Source: Dictyostelium discoideum (lineage: Eukaryota). From it: a DNA stretch of 64,000 nt. Both the position numbers and the translations under genes were made by a program. Positions 26,606 through 47,320 of the stretch are shown piece by piece. The stretch covers positions 1,792,001 through 1,856,000 of the forward strand of contig CM000152.2 of NCBI GenBank assembly GCA_000004695.1, read 5' to 3'. How positions within the stretch are numbered: position 1 is the stretch's first letter; each line of letters starts with the position of its first letter. The notes under the pieces are model-generated. The model did no database searches and had not been told where the DNA came from. It saw only the letters and a list, made by a program, of their open reading frames with translations.

Positions 26606-27393
26606 ATATTGATTTATTGTAATTTTTGATTGTTAGTATCCAATAAATTAATTAATTATAAAATTTAAATTTAAAAAATAAATAAAAAATAATAAAAAAA
26701 AAAAAAAAAAAAAAAAAAAAAGAAAGAAAGATAAAAAAGAAGAAAAAATTTTTTTTAAAATCTTTTAATTTTTTTTTTAAAAAAACTTTAAATTTAACCT
26801 AATGAATGTGTGAGTTGAGTGGGTGGTAATCAAATAAAATATAAAAATGGTGAATTAAAAAAAAAAAATTTTAAAAAATTAAAAAATTAAAAAATTAAAT
26901 AATTATTAAAAAAAAAAAATTAAATTCCAAAAAAAAAAAAAAAAACACAAAATACACACAGTGTTAAATATGATAATGTGTATAATTATATAATAATTTA
27001 AAATTACAACAGTACTTAACAATTTACTCTATTGTATTTTAATGAAAATAATAACAGTATAAAAAAAAAAAATAAAAATAAAAAAAAAGTATTAAAATTA
27101 AAAAAAAAAAAAAATTATAATAAAAAAAAAAATAAAAATAAAAATAAAATAAGGAAAAATAATATTGAAAATAAAAAAAATAAAAAAAAACACCACTACC
27201 CCAAATTCTATATATAGATATATAATTTATTGTGTTTTTTTTTTTTTTTTTTGAGTTTTTGGATGTGATGTGATTATGATTTTAATTATATTTTGTTGAT
27301 ATTTGAAGTTTAAAATTAGAGCTACAACGTATTATGTGTGTGATAAAATGATGAAGGGGTGATGATATTTATTTATTTATTTATTTAATTATA

Positions 27394-27452
27394 ATTTACT
27401 TGTTGATTGACTGATTGATTGATAGATTGATTGATTGATTGATTAAGTGATT
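27394..27452. repeat. (TTGA/GATT)n tetranucleotide-like microsatellite in an intergenic region.
   Basis: ttgattgactgattgattgatagattgattgattgattgattaagtgatt. Confidence 0.8.
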
Positions 27453-27883
27453 TATTAATTCAATTAACTATTGATTTCAATGTCTATTATTATTATTAAT
27501 CATTCTATGAATAAAAAAAATAATAAAAAAATAAATGAAAAAAAGACTATAAAAAAAATTTTATTTTAATTGAGATATTTTATTATTTTTAAAATGGATA
27601 AAAAAAAAATAAAAAAAAAAAATAAAAAACAAAAAAATATAATGGATTGAAAAAAAAAAAATATATATATTAAGTGTGATAAAATATTTATAAATATTAC
27701 TATGAGGTATTACAATTTTGTGGTGGTTTTTAAAAAAAAAAAAAAAAATAAAAAAAATAAATATATTAAATAAATAAAAAAATTAAATTTTGAAAAAAAA
27801 AAAAAAAAAATATCTTGAGGATATGAATTTTTTTTTTAACTGCGTTATAAGAACTAGATTTTTATTAATATTTTTTTTAAAAT

Positions 27884-27918
<35 letters not shown>

Positions 27919-28686
27919 TGAAAGTACTAAAAAAGTATTATGCAATGTTTTCAACAATTACTTTTTTTAGATAGATATTGTTCCAATTATTTTGAAATAT
28001 AAAACTTTAAATAAAATAAAAATAAAAATAAATATTAAAAATAAAAAATAAAATAAAAATAAAAATAAATGAATATAATAAAAGTAATTTTTTGATATCC
28101 GTACATAGAAAAGAGTTTTTAATACTACTTTGTAATATTACAATGAATTTTTTATTTTTTTATTTTTTTATTTTTTTCTTTTATTTTTTTTTTATTTTTT
28201 TTTAGATTATTTGATATAAAAAATAAAATACAAATAAACTATTCAAACAAAGAATTAAAGTTAAATATTTACCACAAAAAAAAAATAAAAAAATAAAATA
28301 ATAATAATAATATTTTAATTAAAATAAATAAAAAAAATAAAAAAATAAATTAATAATGTTTGTGGTATGGGGGTTGAAAATTTTTTATTTAAAATTCGAA
28401 GGAGTTTATATATCTACCCTATTGTAATTAATTATTTGAATTAAAAAAAAAAAAATTTTAAAGAATAAAATAAAAAATTAAATAAATAAAAAAAAAATAA
28501 AAATTTTAAATCAAAAAGTATAACTATATTTAATTTTATTTTTAATTTTTTATTTAAATTTTAATTTTAATTTTAATATTTGATTTCATTTTTTTTTAAA
28601 TCTATTTACAAAAAGTTTTTTTTTTTTTTTTTTTTTTTTAAAATCTATTTACAATATTTGCTATGTTTGTTTTTTTTTTTTTAGAT

Positions 28687-29234
28687 TTAATTTTTATCAC
28701 AAAGTAAAAAATTAATATTTGGTTTTGATTGTTCATTGCAATCAATAATTTCCATTGGAACTAATGGTGAGGTATTTCTACTACTATTTAAACTAGTTGA
28801 GGAACTCTGGCCAATATTAAAAGTACCATCAAATGATGAATTTAACTTTAATCTCTTTTTTTCAGTGTAAGATTTTAAAACATCAATTGAAAAAAGGCTA
28901 AAAAACTTTGGAGAACTATCAATTGAGGAAGCCAATGAACTACATTGATAATTTTGAATTGGACTTGTAACATTTGATAAACATGGATTATATGAATATA
29001 CAATATTAACTGGATCTCCAAGTTGTGTATTATTATTATTAAAATTATTAATAGTATTATTATTATTATTAAAATTATTATTAATAATATTATTATTATT
29101 ATTAAAATTATTAATAGTATTATTATTATTTTTATTACTATTACTATTATTATTATTATTAATATTATTATTATTAATATTATTATTATTATCTTTATAA
29201 TTGAGTTTAGAATCTATTATAAAATTATCACCAA

Positions 29235-29286
<52 letters not shown>

Positions 29287-29294
29287 ATTTAAAA

Positions 29295-29325
<31 letters not shown>

Positions 29326-29405
29326 TAAAATGTTATTATTATTTAAAATATTATTATTATTATTTTTATTATTATTATTATTATTTTTATTATTATTATT
29401 ATTAC

Positions 29406-29484
<79 letters not shown>

Positions 29485-30408
29485 GTTATTTAATTTTTTT
29501 TTTTTTGAGTTTTGTGATTGTATTAAATCAATTTTTTGAGAAATAAAACGTGGTTTAAAAGATTGATTTAATTGATTCATAGTTAAGAATAATTCAAAAA
29601 TGACTTTTGAACTATTGATGTTAATTGATTTATGATGTGGATAAACGATGGAAGTACTATTTGGAAATTTAGGAATTGCAACTATGGAACTAATAGGTAG
29701 CATTACATATTTGATTGAAGTTGTAATGGTTGGATCATCATTTAAATAGTGACGTAAAAGAATTTCATTTGCATTGAAAATATTTGGAGCCAATTGGATT
29801 GAAAATTCCCAGAGTTTGAAAATATTACCGGTATTAGTATTATTATTACTATTATCTTGATAAGTTAAAGTTCTTTTAGTAACTTGGAAATTTTCAGTAA
29901 TTTCTTGGAACAAATTAACATATGGACTATTACTTTGAGTAATACCTTGATCTTTAGTAATGGAATCTCTAATTGGCTTCTCTTCACCATTTTGTTTCCA
30001 ATTTCCAGTTGAATTGTCTAGTTTTCTCTTTTTCTTTTTATCTTTAACCAAGATACATTGGAGAGCACCACCTGATAAAAAAAAAATAAAAAAATAAAAA
30101 TAAAAAAAATAAAAAAAATGAAAAAAGAAAAAATGAAAAAAGAAAAAAAAGAAATTGTATGTTATTAATAAAAGGTGTGGGTGGTGAACATTTTTTTTTT
30201 TTTTTCAATTATATTTTTTTTTATTATTTTTTTTTTTTTTATACATACTTTTACTTTTTAATAATGATTCATCCTCAGTCATTTCTTCTATTTCTATTCC
30301 ATTTACACTTAGATCATAAAAATGGCCAAGTAAAAAAATGAAAAAAATTAATTTTAAATAATCTTCATCAGAAGTTCTGTGATTTAAACTTTTTTGTAGT
30401 TTTTTCAT
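28687..30408 (-). CDS. Hypothetical Asn-rich protein (about 514 aa), 2 exons: join(28687..30071,30249..30408).
   Basis: ATG at 30408 (MKKLQKSLNHRTSDEDYLK...). Phase-1 donor AAAA|gtatgt (30248) to tttatcag|GTGGTGCT (exon from 30071) gives ...SLLKSKSGALQCILVKDKKKKRKLDNSTGNW... The long ORF 28687..30051 itself begins at TTG, so it needs this upstream exon. No domain recognised. Confidence 0.45.
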
Positions 30409-31594
30409 TTTGATTTTATAAAATTATTTTTTTATAAAAAAAAGTTTTTTTTTTATTTATTAAACAATTAATTTAATTTAATATTTATAAATATTTCTAT
30501 TTCCTTTTTTTTTTTGTTTTTTGGTATTTTTTTTTTTTTTTTTTTGAAATGGAAAAATAAATTAGTAAAATTGAAATGGTTAAATATGAAAAAAAAAAAA
30601 AAATTTTTTATGGAAAAAAAAAATTGTATAAATAAATTTAAATTTTAATCAAATAAATTTTTTTATTTTTTTTATATTTTTTATTTAAAAAAAAAGTATT
30701 TTTTTTTTTTTTTTTAATTCTATTTTTGGACCTTGGTTTTTTTTTTCTATTTTTTTTTTCTATTTTTTTTTTTTTTTCTATTTTTTACTGTATCAATTAG
30801 ACTTATATAAACCACTTGAAAAAAAAAACAAAAATAAAAAATAAAAAAATAAAAAACAAATATTATTACAATGGTGGTAGTGGTAATGATAGTGTGTGTG
30901 TGTTACTCATGGGTGTTAACCATAAAAAATTAATTTTGCCTTTTGGCATCCGAAGAATCAAAAAAACAAATTGACTTACAGTCTTCATATTAATAATAAC
31001 CATTTTCATATTATTATATCTGAAAAAAAAAACATCACAGTGTGGGTTGGTGTAATTCAAAAAAAAAACATTTTTATTATTATAAAGTGGTGTGGTAATG
31101 ATTAAATTGTTTTTTTTTTTTTTTTTAACACATTGGCTGAGAAAAAAAAAAAAACAATTATAATATTATTTTTTTTTTTTTTTTTTTGGTTTTGTTTTTT
31201 TGTAGTAACTTAAAAATGGATAGGGTTAAAGAGCAATAAACTACACACTGAATCTACCCCATCCATTATATATTCACTAAATTAATATTATTATTATTAT
31301 TTTTTTTTTTCACACCATTATATATTCACTAAATTAATATTATTATTATTATTATTTGTTTATGAAAAGTAAAATACTATTCAATATTTTAGTTTATATA
31401 AAATTTTAATTAACTGATCCTTTTTTTTTTATTTTTAGAATTAAGATTTCTTTAAATCTTTAAATATTTTTGTTCCAATTTTATTTTTTTTTTTTTTTTT
31501 TCAAAAATTTTTAAAAAAAAATAAAAATTGTGGTAATATTGAATAAAAACAAAAAAAACTAATGTAATAATAAAAAAAAATTTAAAAATTAAGT

Positions 31595-31633
<39 letters not shown>

Positions 31634-32603
31634 ATACCATAGTTTTTATAAAAAAAAAAATACTGCTTTTTTATTCTTTTGTTTATTTTCTTCATTATAT
31701 TATTATTTAAATTTTTTCAATCTTAAATTTTTATTTTATCATTTTTTAATTTTTTTTATTTAGATCCATTACTAAGAAAATAAAGATTAAAAATATTTTA
31801 AGTATAAAAACATTGATTCTATTTGTTTTTATTTTTTTTATTTATTTTTTTTTAGATTCAAGCGTTTTTAAACTTCCTGTCCATAGATCATTTTTTAATT
31901 ACCTATTTATTTTTTTTTTAATTTTTTAGTTACCTATTTTTTTTATTTTTTTTTTTTTAATTTTTTTTATTTTTTTTTTTATTAGATCCAAATGGAACAA
32001 TCGATCACTAAAAAAAAAAAAAAAAAAAAAAGATAAAAATAAATTTTTTTTCATAACAATAAATAAAAAATTTTCACTAATTATTGTAATAATTAAAAAA
32101 TAATAATAATGATAATAATAATAAAAATTAAAAATAAAATAATAATAGTACTAATATTTGGTTGATAAAAAAAAAATAGAATTTGATAGGATATAAAAAA
32201 AAAAAAAAAAAAACAAAAAAAAAAAAAAAGCAAAAATAAATAAAGGAAAAAGAACCATTAATTTAAAATTTTAATCAATTATATAATCTTATCATTTTTT
32301 TTTTATCCTATTAAAAGAATTTTTTTCATGGAGAATATGAGAACTGATTAATAAAAATAAATATAAAAAATAAAAAAACTAAAAAAAAAAAAAAAAAAAT
32401 AAAAATAAAAATAAAAATAAAAAAAATAAAAAAAAATTAAAAAAAAATAAAATTTTGAAATAAAAAAACGAATCAAGTTTTTTTTTTTTTTTTTTTTTTT
32501 TTTTTCCACAAAGTTTCGTTTATTTATAATTTTATATTATATCGAAATAATATATATTTATAAAAAACAAAACAAAATAAAATAAATAATACATAATAAA
32601 AAA

Positions 32604-35101
32604 ATGGTACAAATATCAAAGAAAAAGATAATAACCAATAATAATAAAAATAATAAAAATAATAATAAAAATAATAATAAAAATGAAGCAAAATCCAAAG
32701 TTATAACTATTCAAGAAGATAAAAGTGATAAAGGTGTATTAAATAAAGTTGATAATTTTATGAATGGAGTTTATGATACACCAGAAGTATTTGTAGGATC
32801 AACCGATAAAATAAAGAATTCAATGACAGATATTATGTCAAATCTATATGAATTAGCAAAAAAGAATGAATCAACAATTACAGAAACCGATGCATTAGAT
32901 TCTTTAGTAACCAAAGGATTCGATGGTGAACAAATTTGGGCACAACTTCAATTATATAATGATCCAATACTTCAAGAATTGGAATCAAAAGTAAATGATT
33001 TAACAACAAATTCAAATGATTTAAATATAATTAAACAAAAAAAACAACAAATAGACGATGAAGATGATGAAGATGATGAAAATGAAGATGATTTCGATGA
33101 CTTTGAAGATGAAGATGATGATGAAGATGATGATTTTAATTTAGAACATGATGATTACCAAGAAAGTGATTTAGAGGATGAATTATCACCACAAGAAGAT
33201 AGTTTAGGTGATTCTGATATTGAAAGTGAAGAATTAGAGGAAGAGGAAGAAGAAGAAGAAAAGAAATCAAATAAAAAAAATAACAAAAAAGTAGTTACTA
33301 CCAATGTAAATGATAAAGATGATAAAAAGAAAATTAAAGGTAAAAACTTTTTTGGTGATGTTGATGAAAATGTTGACTTTTTCGATGCAAAAGAGATGGA
33401 AAAGTTTTTAGATGATGAAGATGATAATGAATATCAAAGAAGAGAAGATCAAGAGAATGATGATGACGATGACGATGTCGAATTGGGTGATTCTGATGAA
33501 GATGATGGTGGTTTAGATTTACCAGAAGCTGAAATGGATGATGAAGAAAAACATTTAGATTCACTTTTAGATAAATATATGGAAGAGAATGCCGAAGAAT
33601 TAGAATTAGAAAGATTAGCTTCAAAATCAAAATCAAAATCAAAATCTTCAACAACTAAAAAATCAAAATCAATTGACCCATCAAATATGAAATTTAATGA
33701 TTTCTTTTCTGATCCAAATGAAAAAGGTGAAGATGACGATGATAATGAATTCCCAATTGATTATGAAGATGAAGAAGGTGATGATGATTATGAAGATGAA
33801 GATGATGATGATGAAAATTTAGATAAAGAAGAAGAAGATGAAGATGAAGAAGATGAAGAAGAAAATAAAGAAGAAATTAAAGAAGATAAAGAAGAAGCAA
33901 CATTACCACCAGAAGAATTATCAACTTTCCAAAAGAGAGCACAAAAAATTCAACAAAGAATTAAAGAACTTGAAGCTCAAAATCTTAAAAAGAAAGATTG
34001 GACTTTAGTTGGTGAATCTTCTGCCAGAGATCGTCCATCAGATTCATTATTAGGTGAAGTTTTAGATTATGATCATACACAAAGAGTAAGAATATTTTTT
34101 TTTTTTTTTTTTTTTTTTTCAAATAACATACATTAATATATTAATATTATAATTTATTTTATTATTATTATTATTATTAGGCAACACCAACTATTACAGA
34201 AGAAACAAATAAAACAATTGATGATATGATTAAAAAGAGAATTTTAGAAAAGAATTTTGATGATGTAATTAGAAAAACTGAAAAAGAATTTAAAGATAAC
34301 TATAAAAAGAAAATAGAATTAAGTGATGAAAAAAATACTGAAGGTTTAGGTGATGTTTATGAAAAAAGTGTATGTAAAAATTTAAAATAATTTTAAAATT
34401 ATTATTATTATTAATAATAATATATTAATATATTTTATTATTTTTTTTTTTTTTTCAAATTTTTACTATACTAGTATATGAAACAAGTTTTAGGAGTTGA
34501 AGAAACAGATGAATTAAAACAAAAACATATTAAAATTTATGAATTATTTAATAAATTATGTTATAAATTAGATTCATTATCAAATTTCCAATTTACACCA
34601 AAGAGAATTAAAGATAGAGAATTAAATATAACAACAGCAAATGCATTAACAATTGAAGAGAAGATACCAATTGCAACATCATCAGCTACAATGATTGCAC
34701 CAGAGGAAGTTTATTTCAAGAAGAATGCCGATGAAAAAGGTGAAAGTGAATTAACTAAAGAAGAACGTGTTAAGAATAGAAAGAAAGTTAAACAACAATG
34801 GAGAGATGAAAAAGATGAGAAAGAAGCTGAAATTAGACATAAAAAGAAGGTTGACCCATCATTTGCTAAAAAGACCACTGTTGCCGCTGATATGGCTCAT
34901 CTTAAACAAGCTAGTAATGTTACAATCTTTGATTCAAAGAAATCCGATGTTCATTCTGGTGACTTTAGATCTGGTAAAACTTTTGCAACCATTCAACAAA
35001 AAGAAGAAAATAAAAGAAAAGGTATTGATGATCCAAATTCTCTAAAATCAAAAAAGAAAGCAAAATTGGATAGTATTAAAGGTAGTGATTTCAAACTTTA
35101 A
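32604..35101 (+). CDS. U3 snoRNP / SSU processome protein Mpp10 homologue, 3 exons: join(32604..34085,34181..34369,34475..35101), about 765 aa.
   Basis: ATG at 32604. Donors AGA|gtaaga (34086) and AGT|gtatgt (34370). Acceptors ttattag|GCAACACCA (34181) and tatactag|TATATGAAA (34475). The conserved Mpp10 core spans the introns: KKDWTLVGESSARDRPSDSLLGEVLDYDHTQR-ATPTITEETNKTIDDMIKKRILEKNFDDVIRK...GDVYEKS-YMKQVLGVEE...IYELFNKLCYKLDSLSNFQFTPK. Also has long acidic D/E tracts typical of Mpp10. Confidence 0.6.
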
Positions 35102-35219
35102 ATAAAAAAAAAAAAATAATAATAAAAAAAAAAATAAAAAAAAAAAAAAATAAAAAAAAAAATAAATAAATAAAATAAAATAAAATTAAAAATAAAAAAA
35201 AAAAAAAAGAAAAAAAGAA

Positions 35220-35257
<38 letters not shown>

Positions 35258-35674
35258 TATTAGAATTTACTTTAACCCACAAGTTGTGTTTCATTTTATT
35301 TTTATATTTTTTTTATTTTTTTTTTTATTTTTTAAGCCCATGTTTCTAAACAATTATCTTAAATCATAGTTAATTTTAGTTTTTAATTTAAAAAAAAATA
35401 TATACATCGAACTGGTTTTAAAAATAGATTTTTTTATTTAATTTTTTGATATTTTTATTTTATTTTAGTTTTTATTTAATAAATTATATTATTAATTAAT
35501 TTAATATTAATATTTTCTCAATTTATTGAGTAAGTTTGAGCTACATTAAATTCTAATGAAGAATATTTGGTGCATGGCATATATAAAAACAACCCCCACT
35601 TCAACCCACTAACCTCACATTTAAAAATTCCCACACAATGATGATACCATTATCACTAACCCCTAAACACACAA

Positions 35675-35724
<50 letters not shown>

Positions 35725-37370
35725 GGTATTCACTCAATTATTGTTATTTTATAATTTTTTATTATATAAAATTTAATCTCGATTGTAAAAATAAAAAATG
35801 ACACTTTGATAATGAAAGTTTTTATTTGAATATTGAAAATAGACTCATTTGTAGGTTATTTATGTTATTTATGAAAATTGAGGGAAAGATGTGTTGATCG
35901 ATTGAAAGTGTTTAAATATTTTTAAAAATAAAAGTAATTATTTTAATTTTAAGATTATTTTTAGTTTTTTATTTTTGAAAAAAAAAAAGAGTTTAGAAAA
36001 AATAAAAAAAAAAAAAAAGGTGAGGATGGTGTATGTTTTTATGAATAAATTGAATTTAAAAAAAAAAAAAAAAATTTAACTAAAATAATTAGGTTGAATA
36101 TATAATATTATTTAATGAATCTCTGGTTTATTTATTTATTTTATTTAATTTTATTTTATTTTATATTATTTTTGTTTAGTTTATTTTTATTTTTATTTTT
36201 ATTTTTAACTTTTTTTTATTTTTATTTTTATTTTTATTTTTTTTTTTTATTTTTATTTTTTTTGATTTCCCAAATTTTTATGAATTTTCAAATATTGTAA
36301 AATGACCCAATCAAAATTAAACTGAATGTTTTTTTTCTAATCTCTTTCAATCACTAAAATCAAATGTGTGGTGCAAGACTACACTAATAATAGTGTTTCA
36401 TTATGACTTTTATTTTTTTTAAAAATAATAATTTAATTTCAAAAAATTAATTTTTAGAGTCTTTGGGCTGCAAAGGCTTTTATCAAATAAGCAAATCTCC
36501 CACATTCTCATGATTATATTAAATTTTAATTTAAAAAATGAGGTTGTGTTATTTTAAATATGATTATTCTCCAATTCACACAAAATTTCAATCATTTAAA
36601 AAGAAAATTTTTTTTTTTTTTTATTATTTTAAAATTTTAATTTTATTTTTTTTTTCATTTGGATTACTACATCATCTTTTAATCATCTTATCACAATCTT
36701 TTTTTAAAAAAAATAAAATAAAATAAAAAAAAATTATTTTTTTTAAGAAATCATTAAAACTAAAATTCATGTATGTAAAAACTAAAATTTTTTTATTATT
36801 TTTGACAAAGTTTGAAAATTCAATCAAATTCCAATACAAATAATGTACATCATTTTGTTTTTTTTTTTTATTTTTTTTTTTTTTTTTATTTTTTCTTCTA
36901 TTCTGTTTCGTTTTTATTTTTTTATTTTTTTTTTTTACTATAAAAAATAATTTCAGTTTTTTTTTTTTTTTTTCTACATTGTTTAAACAGAAGAGTTCAC
37001 CTTTTAAATAATTAAAATAGTTTGTATCTCATTTTTTATTTTTTTTTTATTTTTTTAATTTTTTTTTTTTTTTTTATAATCTGTTTTTAAACGAATTTTT
37101 AAAAAAATATATTTTTTATTCTCCAATTTTTTATTTTTTTTTCAAATATATAATAATTGTTTAGATACCCGAATTTTTTTTTTTTTCAATCTAAACAATT
37201 CTTCTTTTTCTGTAAAAAAAAAAAAAATTATTCATAAAAATATAATTAAAAAAGAAACCAATAAATTTCAAGTTTTTTTTTTTAATTACTTTTTTTTTTT
37301 TTTTATTATTTAATTTTTTATAACCTCAAATTCTTTATTTCCCACCAAATTTATTTGGATAGATAAAAAA

Positions 37371-37425
37371 ATAAATAAAATAAATAAAATAAATAAAATA
37401 AATAAAATAAATAAAATAAAAAAAA
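37371..37425. repeat. (AAATAAAAT)6 nonamer tandem repeat in an intergenic region.
   Basis: aaataaataaaataaataaaataaataaaataaataaaataaataaaataaaa. Confidence 0.8.
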
Positions 37426-38467
37426 TAAAAAAAAAAAAAAAAAAAAATAATTTATTAAAAAGTTGAATATGGTGTGATTATTTTTTTTTTTTTTTTTTAT
37501 CCCAACTTATTGTTAATCTCAATTATATTGTTTTTATTCTGATGTTATATCTTTTTGATTTTATGATAATGAACATCATCATGGTATTTTTAGATTTGTA
37601 CATATATTCTGGAAAGAAAAGAAAAAAAAATAAAAAAGAATGGGAAAAAAAAAAAAAAATTATAATCTCCCAATTATATAAAAAAATAAAAAAAAACATT
37701 TTATTTTTGCCCACTCAATATTTACACTCACACTTTCACCACTAACACACACATTCCTTCAATATACAATAATAACAACACCATTTTTATTGATTGTTAC
37801 TATTATTATAAATTTACCTACAAAAACGTTTTTAATTAATTATCTGCCATCACAGAATTATTTCACCACATTACCTAATTTTTTAAAAGAAAAAATTAAT
37901 AAAAAAAAAAAATAAATAAATAAAAAGAGAAAAAAAAAAAAAAAAAAACCAGATATGAATAAAAAAAAAAAAAAAAAAAAACAAAAAACAAATACTTTCA
38001 TAAATCATACATATATATAAACAAAACTAATATTTTAAAAAAAATATCGGTAAAATTAAAATTTTTTTTTTTTATTATTAATTTTTTTTTTTAATCTAAA
38101 TCTCAATTTATTTATGTCTGATTAAATAGAGATTTAAAACAATCACACACCATAGTATATATTTTTTTATTTTTTATTTTATTTTTTTTAATTTTTTATT
38201 TTTTTTTTATTTTTTTTTTATTTTATCTAATCACTCTTTTTGAAAATTTTTTAATTTTTTATTTATTTATAAACCATCATTTTTTAAAATTTTAAAAAAT
38301 TATAAATAATTATTAACTTTTTTTAAATTTTCTTTTTATTTTTTAATTATTTTTTAAAATAAATAATAATAATTTTTTCTTTTTTCTCTTTTTTTTTTTT
38401 TTTAATTAGTTTTTTTTCCATTTTTAAATCAAATAGAAATACTACCACAACAACCAAAAAATTAAAA

Positions 38468-39196
38468 ATGACATCAGCTACTAATAATAATTCAAGTTCT
38501 ACTGAACAACAACAAGCAGTATTATATCAAAAAATATTTAAGAAAATCTATGAAAGTAAAGCTGGTACAAATAAGAATTCATGGGAATATTTTTCATTGG
38601 GTTTAACAGTTTATCAATGGTTAACAGAGAACGATCCAGTTTATACTCATACATTGGTTCTTGAAGATGTTTTGGATGCAGTTTATGAAATATTCGATAT
38701 TATCATATCAATTTTAGAAATGTTAAAGTCCAATTCATCATTACTCGCTCCTATTGTCTATTACTCAAATTCATTCGTTAAAAGAGCTGGTATTAAACAT
38801 AATCAATTATTTAATTTACTATTAACCAGTACAATTGTAACTTTAAAATTTTGGTCTGAATCTGTCCAAATTAGAAATATACTATTGGCTGATATTTTCG
38901 AATTCCCAGTTAAAGATATCAATATAATGGAGAAACGTTTCTTGTCTGGTATTGATTACAATTTAAATATTTCTCAAAATGAAATCTCTGAATTCTTGGC
39001 CAGATTCGATAAATCCTATCATGAACGTTTCCAAAAATTAAAACATTTTAAAGAACAACAAGCTTTATTAACTCAATATATTAAACAACATAAAAATCAA
39101 TACAATACAAAAAAACAATTATCAAAATCTGCAAATAATATAACAACTACATCAATAATAATATCAGCTGATACTCAAAATTGTGAAACATATTAA
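38468..39196 (+). CDS. PHO80-like (Pho85/CDK5-type) cyclin-domain protein, 242 aa, single exon.
   Basis: ATG at 38468. NQLFNLLLTSTIVTLKFWSESVQIRNILLADIFEFPVKDINIMEKRFLSGIDYNLNIS resembles the PHO80 cyclin box (..RLLLTSVMVAxKFxxDxxxxNxxYAKVGGISxxELNxLExxFLxxLDFxL). Confidence 0.5.
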   Translation: MTSATNNNSSSTEQQQAVLYQKIFKKIYESKAGTNKNSWEYFSLGLTVYQWLTENDPVYTHTLVLEDVLDAVYEIFDIIISILEMLKSNSSLLAPIVYYSNSFVKRAGIKHNQLFNLLLTSTIVTLKFWSESVQIRNILLADIFEFPVKDINIMEKRFLSGIDYNLNISQNEISEFLARFDKSYHERFQKLKHFKEQQALLTQYIKQHKNQYNTKKQLSKSANNITTTSIIISADTQNCETY

Positions 39197-39239
39197 TATT
39201 ATTTTTTTTTTTTTACCCCCTTCAAAAATCCGAATTTAC

Positions 39240-39276
<37 letters not shown>

Positions 39277-39714
39277 GTCATTTAAAAAATCATTTAAATT
39301 ATATGTTATATTAGTCATTGTCGTAAAAAAAAATTAATGATTTCATTATTTTATTTAAAAATACGAATTTTAAAAACCATCAAAAAAAATTGTAAATTAT
39401 TTTTTTTTTTTATATAAAAAAAAAAAAAATTAATAAATTGTATATTATATGTAAATTAATATTTCTAAAAAAACAAAATAAAATTATTTATTTATTTATT
39501 TAATTGAACTTGTGGTTTTTTTTTTTTTTTTTTTTAAAATTTGTATATATTAAAATATTCCAAACATACCAAAATTTACCACCATTCAAAATATAAAATT
39601 ATTATCAAAAAAGTACCCCTCCTATGTGGTTATTTTCATTAATTATTTGCTATAAATAACATAATTCAATTATTTAATTATAATTTTTTTTGATTTTTTA
39701 TTTATTTTTTTTTT

Positions 39715-39751
<37 letters not shown>

Positions 39752-40089
39752 CATGTACCCAAACACACTCACCACATTGGAGGTACAATAAAAAAAAACC
39801 ACAACAATAATATAAATCATAATTATTTATATATTACTCACTCAAATTAAATTATGTATTATATTATTTTAATTAAAATATAATATTTTTAATTTTTTTT
39901 TTTTTAATCATTATTTTTTTTTTTATTTTTTTTTTTTTTTTTAAAATTTAAATTACAATAAAATAAAATATAAATCAAAAAAAAAAAAAAATCATAATAA
40001 AAATTAAACTTTACTTTATAACCAATGGTTAATGGACAGAAATAAATTTAATTAATTCGTAATTTATATAAATTAGTAATAATAATAAT

Positions 40090-40120
<31 letters not shown>

Positions 40121-40139
40121 GATAAAATAATTAAAGAAA

Positions 40140-41102
<963 letters not shown>

Positions 41103-41199
41103 TAAAAAATAAAAATAAAAAATAAAATAAAAAAATTATAGGAAATATATATTTGTTTTAAAATTATTGTTTATTTAAATATTTATTGTGAAATTTAAT

Positions 41200-45979
<4,780 letters not shown>

Positions 45980-46077
45980 ATTTTTTTTTTTTTTTTTTTT
46001 TTGTTTTCCCTCTTTTTTTAGTAAAAAAAAAATAATAAATGATAAGAAAAAAAACAAAAAACAAAAAGAAAAATGTG

Positions 46078-46108
<31 letters not shown>

Positions 46109-46282
46109 TTAAATTTCTGAATTTTTTTATTTTTTTTTTAATTTTTTGTTGTTCCCAAATCAAAAATAAAAGAAAATGAATAAATAAAAAAAAAAAAAAA
46201 AAAAAAAACAGAAATGTATTGATTTTAATTAAAATACAAAGGGGTTTATTATTTTTAGTTTTATTTTAAATTTTTTATATAA

Positions 46283-46452
46283 TCAAGGTAAAATAAAAAA
46301 TGAATTTCCTCCACCTGCTTTAACTAAACTTTTATCATTTCCTTTGATTGAAGGTAATAGTTGTGGAAATGATTTATTATCACCATCTTTACCAATTATA
46401 ATTGGTTCACAAAGACCTAATTGATAATGTTCATTCCAACCAAATGAATATA

Positions 46453-46485
<33 letters not shown>

Positions 46486-47232
46486 CATTTGAATAAACTT
46501 GAATTAAGATATGCTCAGAACCAATTGAAAAGTTTTTAATTTTATTTTCATTAAAAGATTCGCTATTTAATAGTTTAAATTGATTTGAATTACTATTATC
46601 AAGTGATAGATCTCTATTATCACCTAAAATACCATACTCACCACGACCACATATATATAATTTATCTTGGTTCGTCAATAAACAACTATTACTCCAACCA
46701 CATTGTATCTCTTTTATTTTAATATCATTTAATGATTTTGATGTAGAAGTTGGTAATATAAATGATGAAATATCAATCACACAAGGATTTGATTGATCAA
46801 TGAAATTACCATTACCTAATTGTCCGAATTTATTTTGACCAAATGATAATACATTTTTAAAATTAATATCCAATAAAAGAGTATGCTGAAATCCACATGA
46901 AATTTGAATGATTTTAATTTCATTTTTAAAATTAATTAATTTTGGTGAATCTTGAACCATTGGATCAGCAATATCATTGATATTATTATTATTATTATTA
47001 CTCTTTAAACTATTTCCATCAATTAAATTTGATAATTGACCAAATTTATTACAACCCCAACCGTATACATCATTTTCACTTGATAAAGCAATTGAATGTC
47101 TCATTCCACATGATACACTAACTATTCTAATTTTATTATTAAATAAAATTTCAATTAACTTTGGTTCATTTAAATTCTTTCTTTCAACTTTCTTTTTCTT
47201 TAATACAATTTTTTTTTTAATAACTCCACCAC

Positions 47233-47320
<88 letters not shown>

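Noticed and set aside
30866-31640. Small ORFs 30866..31060, 31452..31640, 35091..35294, 36115..36300, 37523..37745, 53753..53935.
   Set aside because: They are embedded in A/T homopolymer-rich intergenic DNA, composed of K/F/I/L runs, and have no ATG context or splice support.
36300-36520. Possible Class I ncRNA in the slightly GC-richer patch with small hairpins (acacta…tagtgt; ctttg-ggctg-caaag).
   Set aside because: The conserved Class I motif CCTTACAGCAA is absent. Nothing distinguishes it from chance beyond short palindromes.
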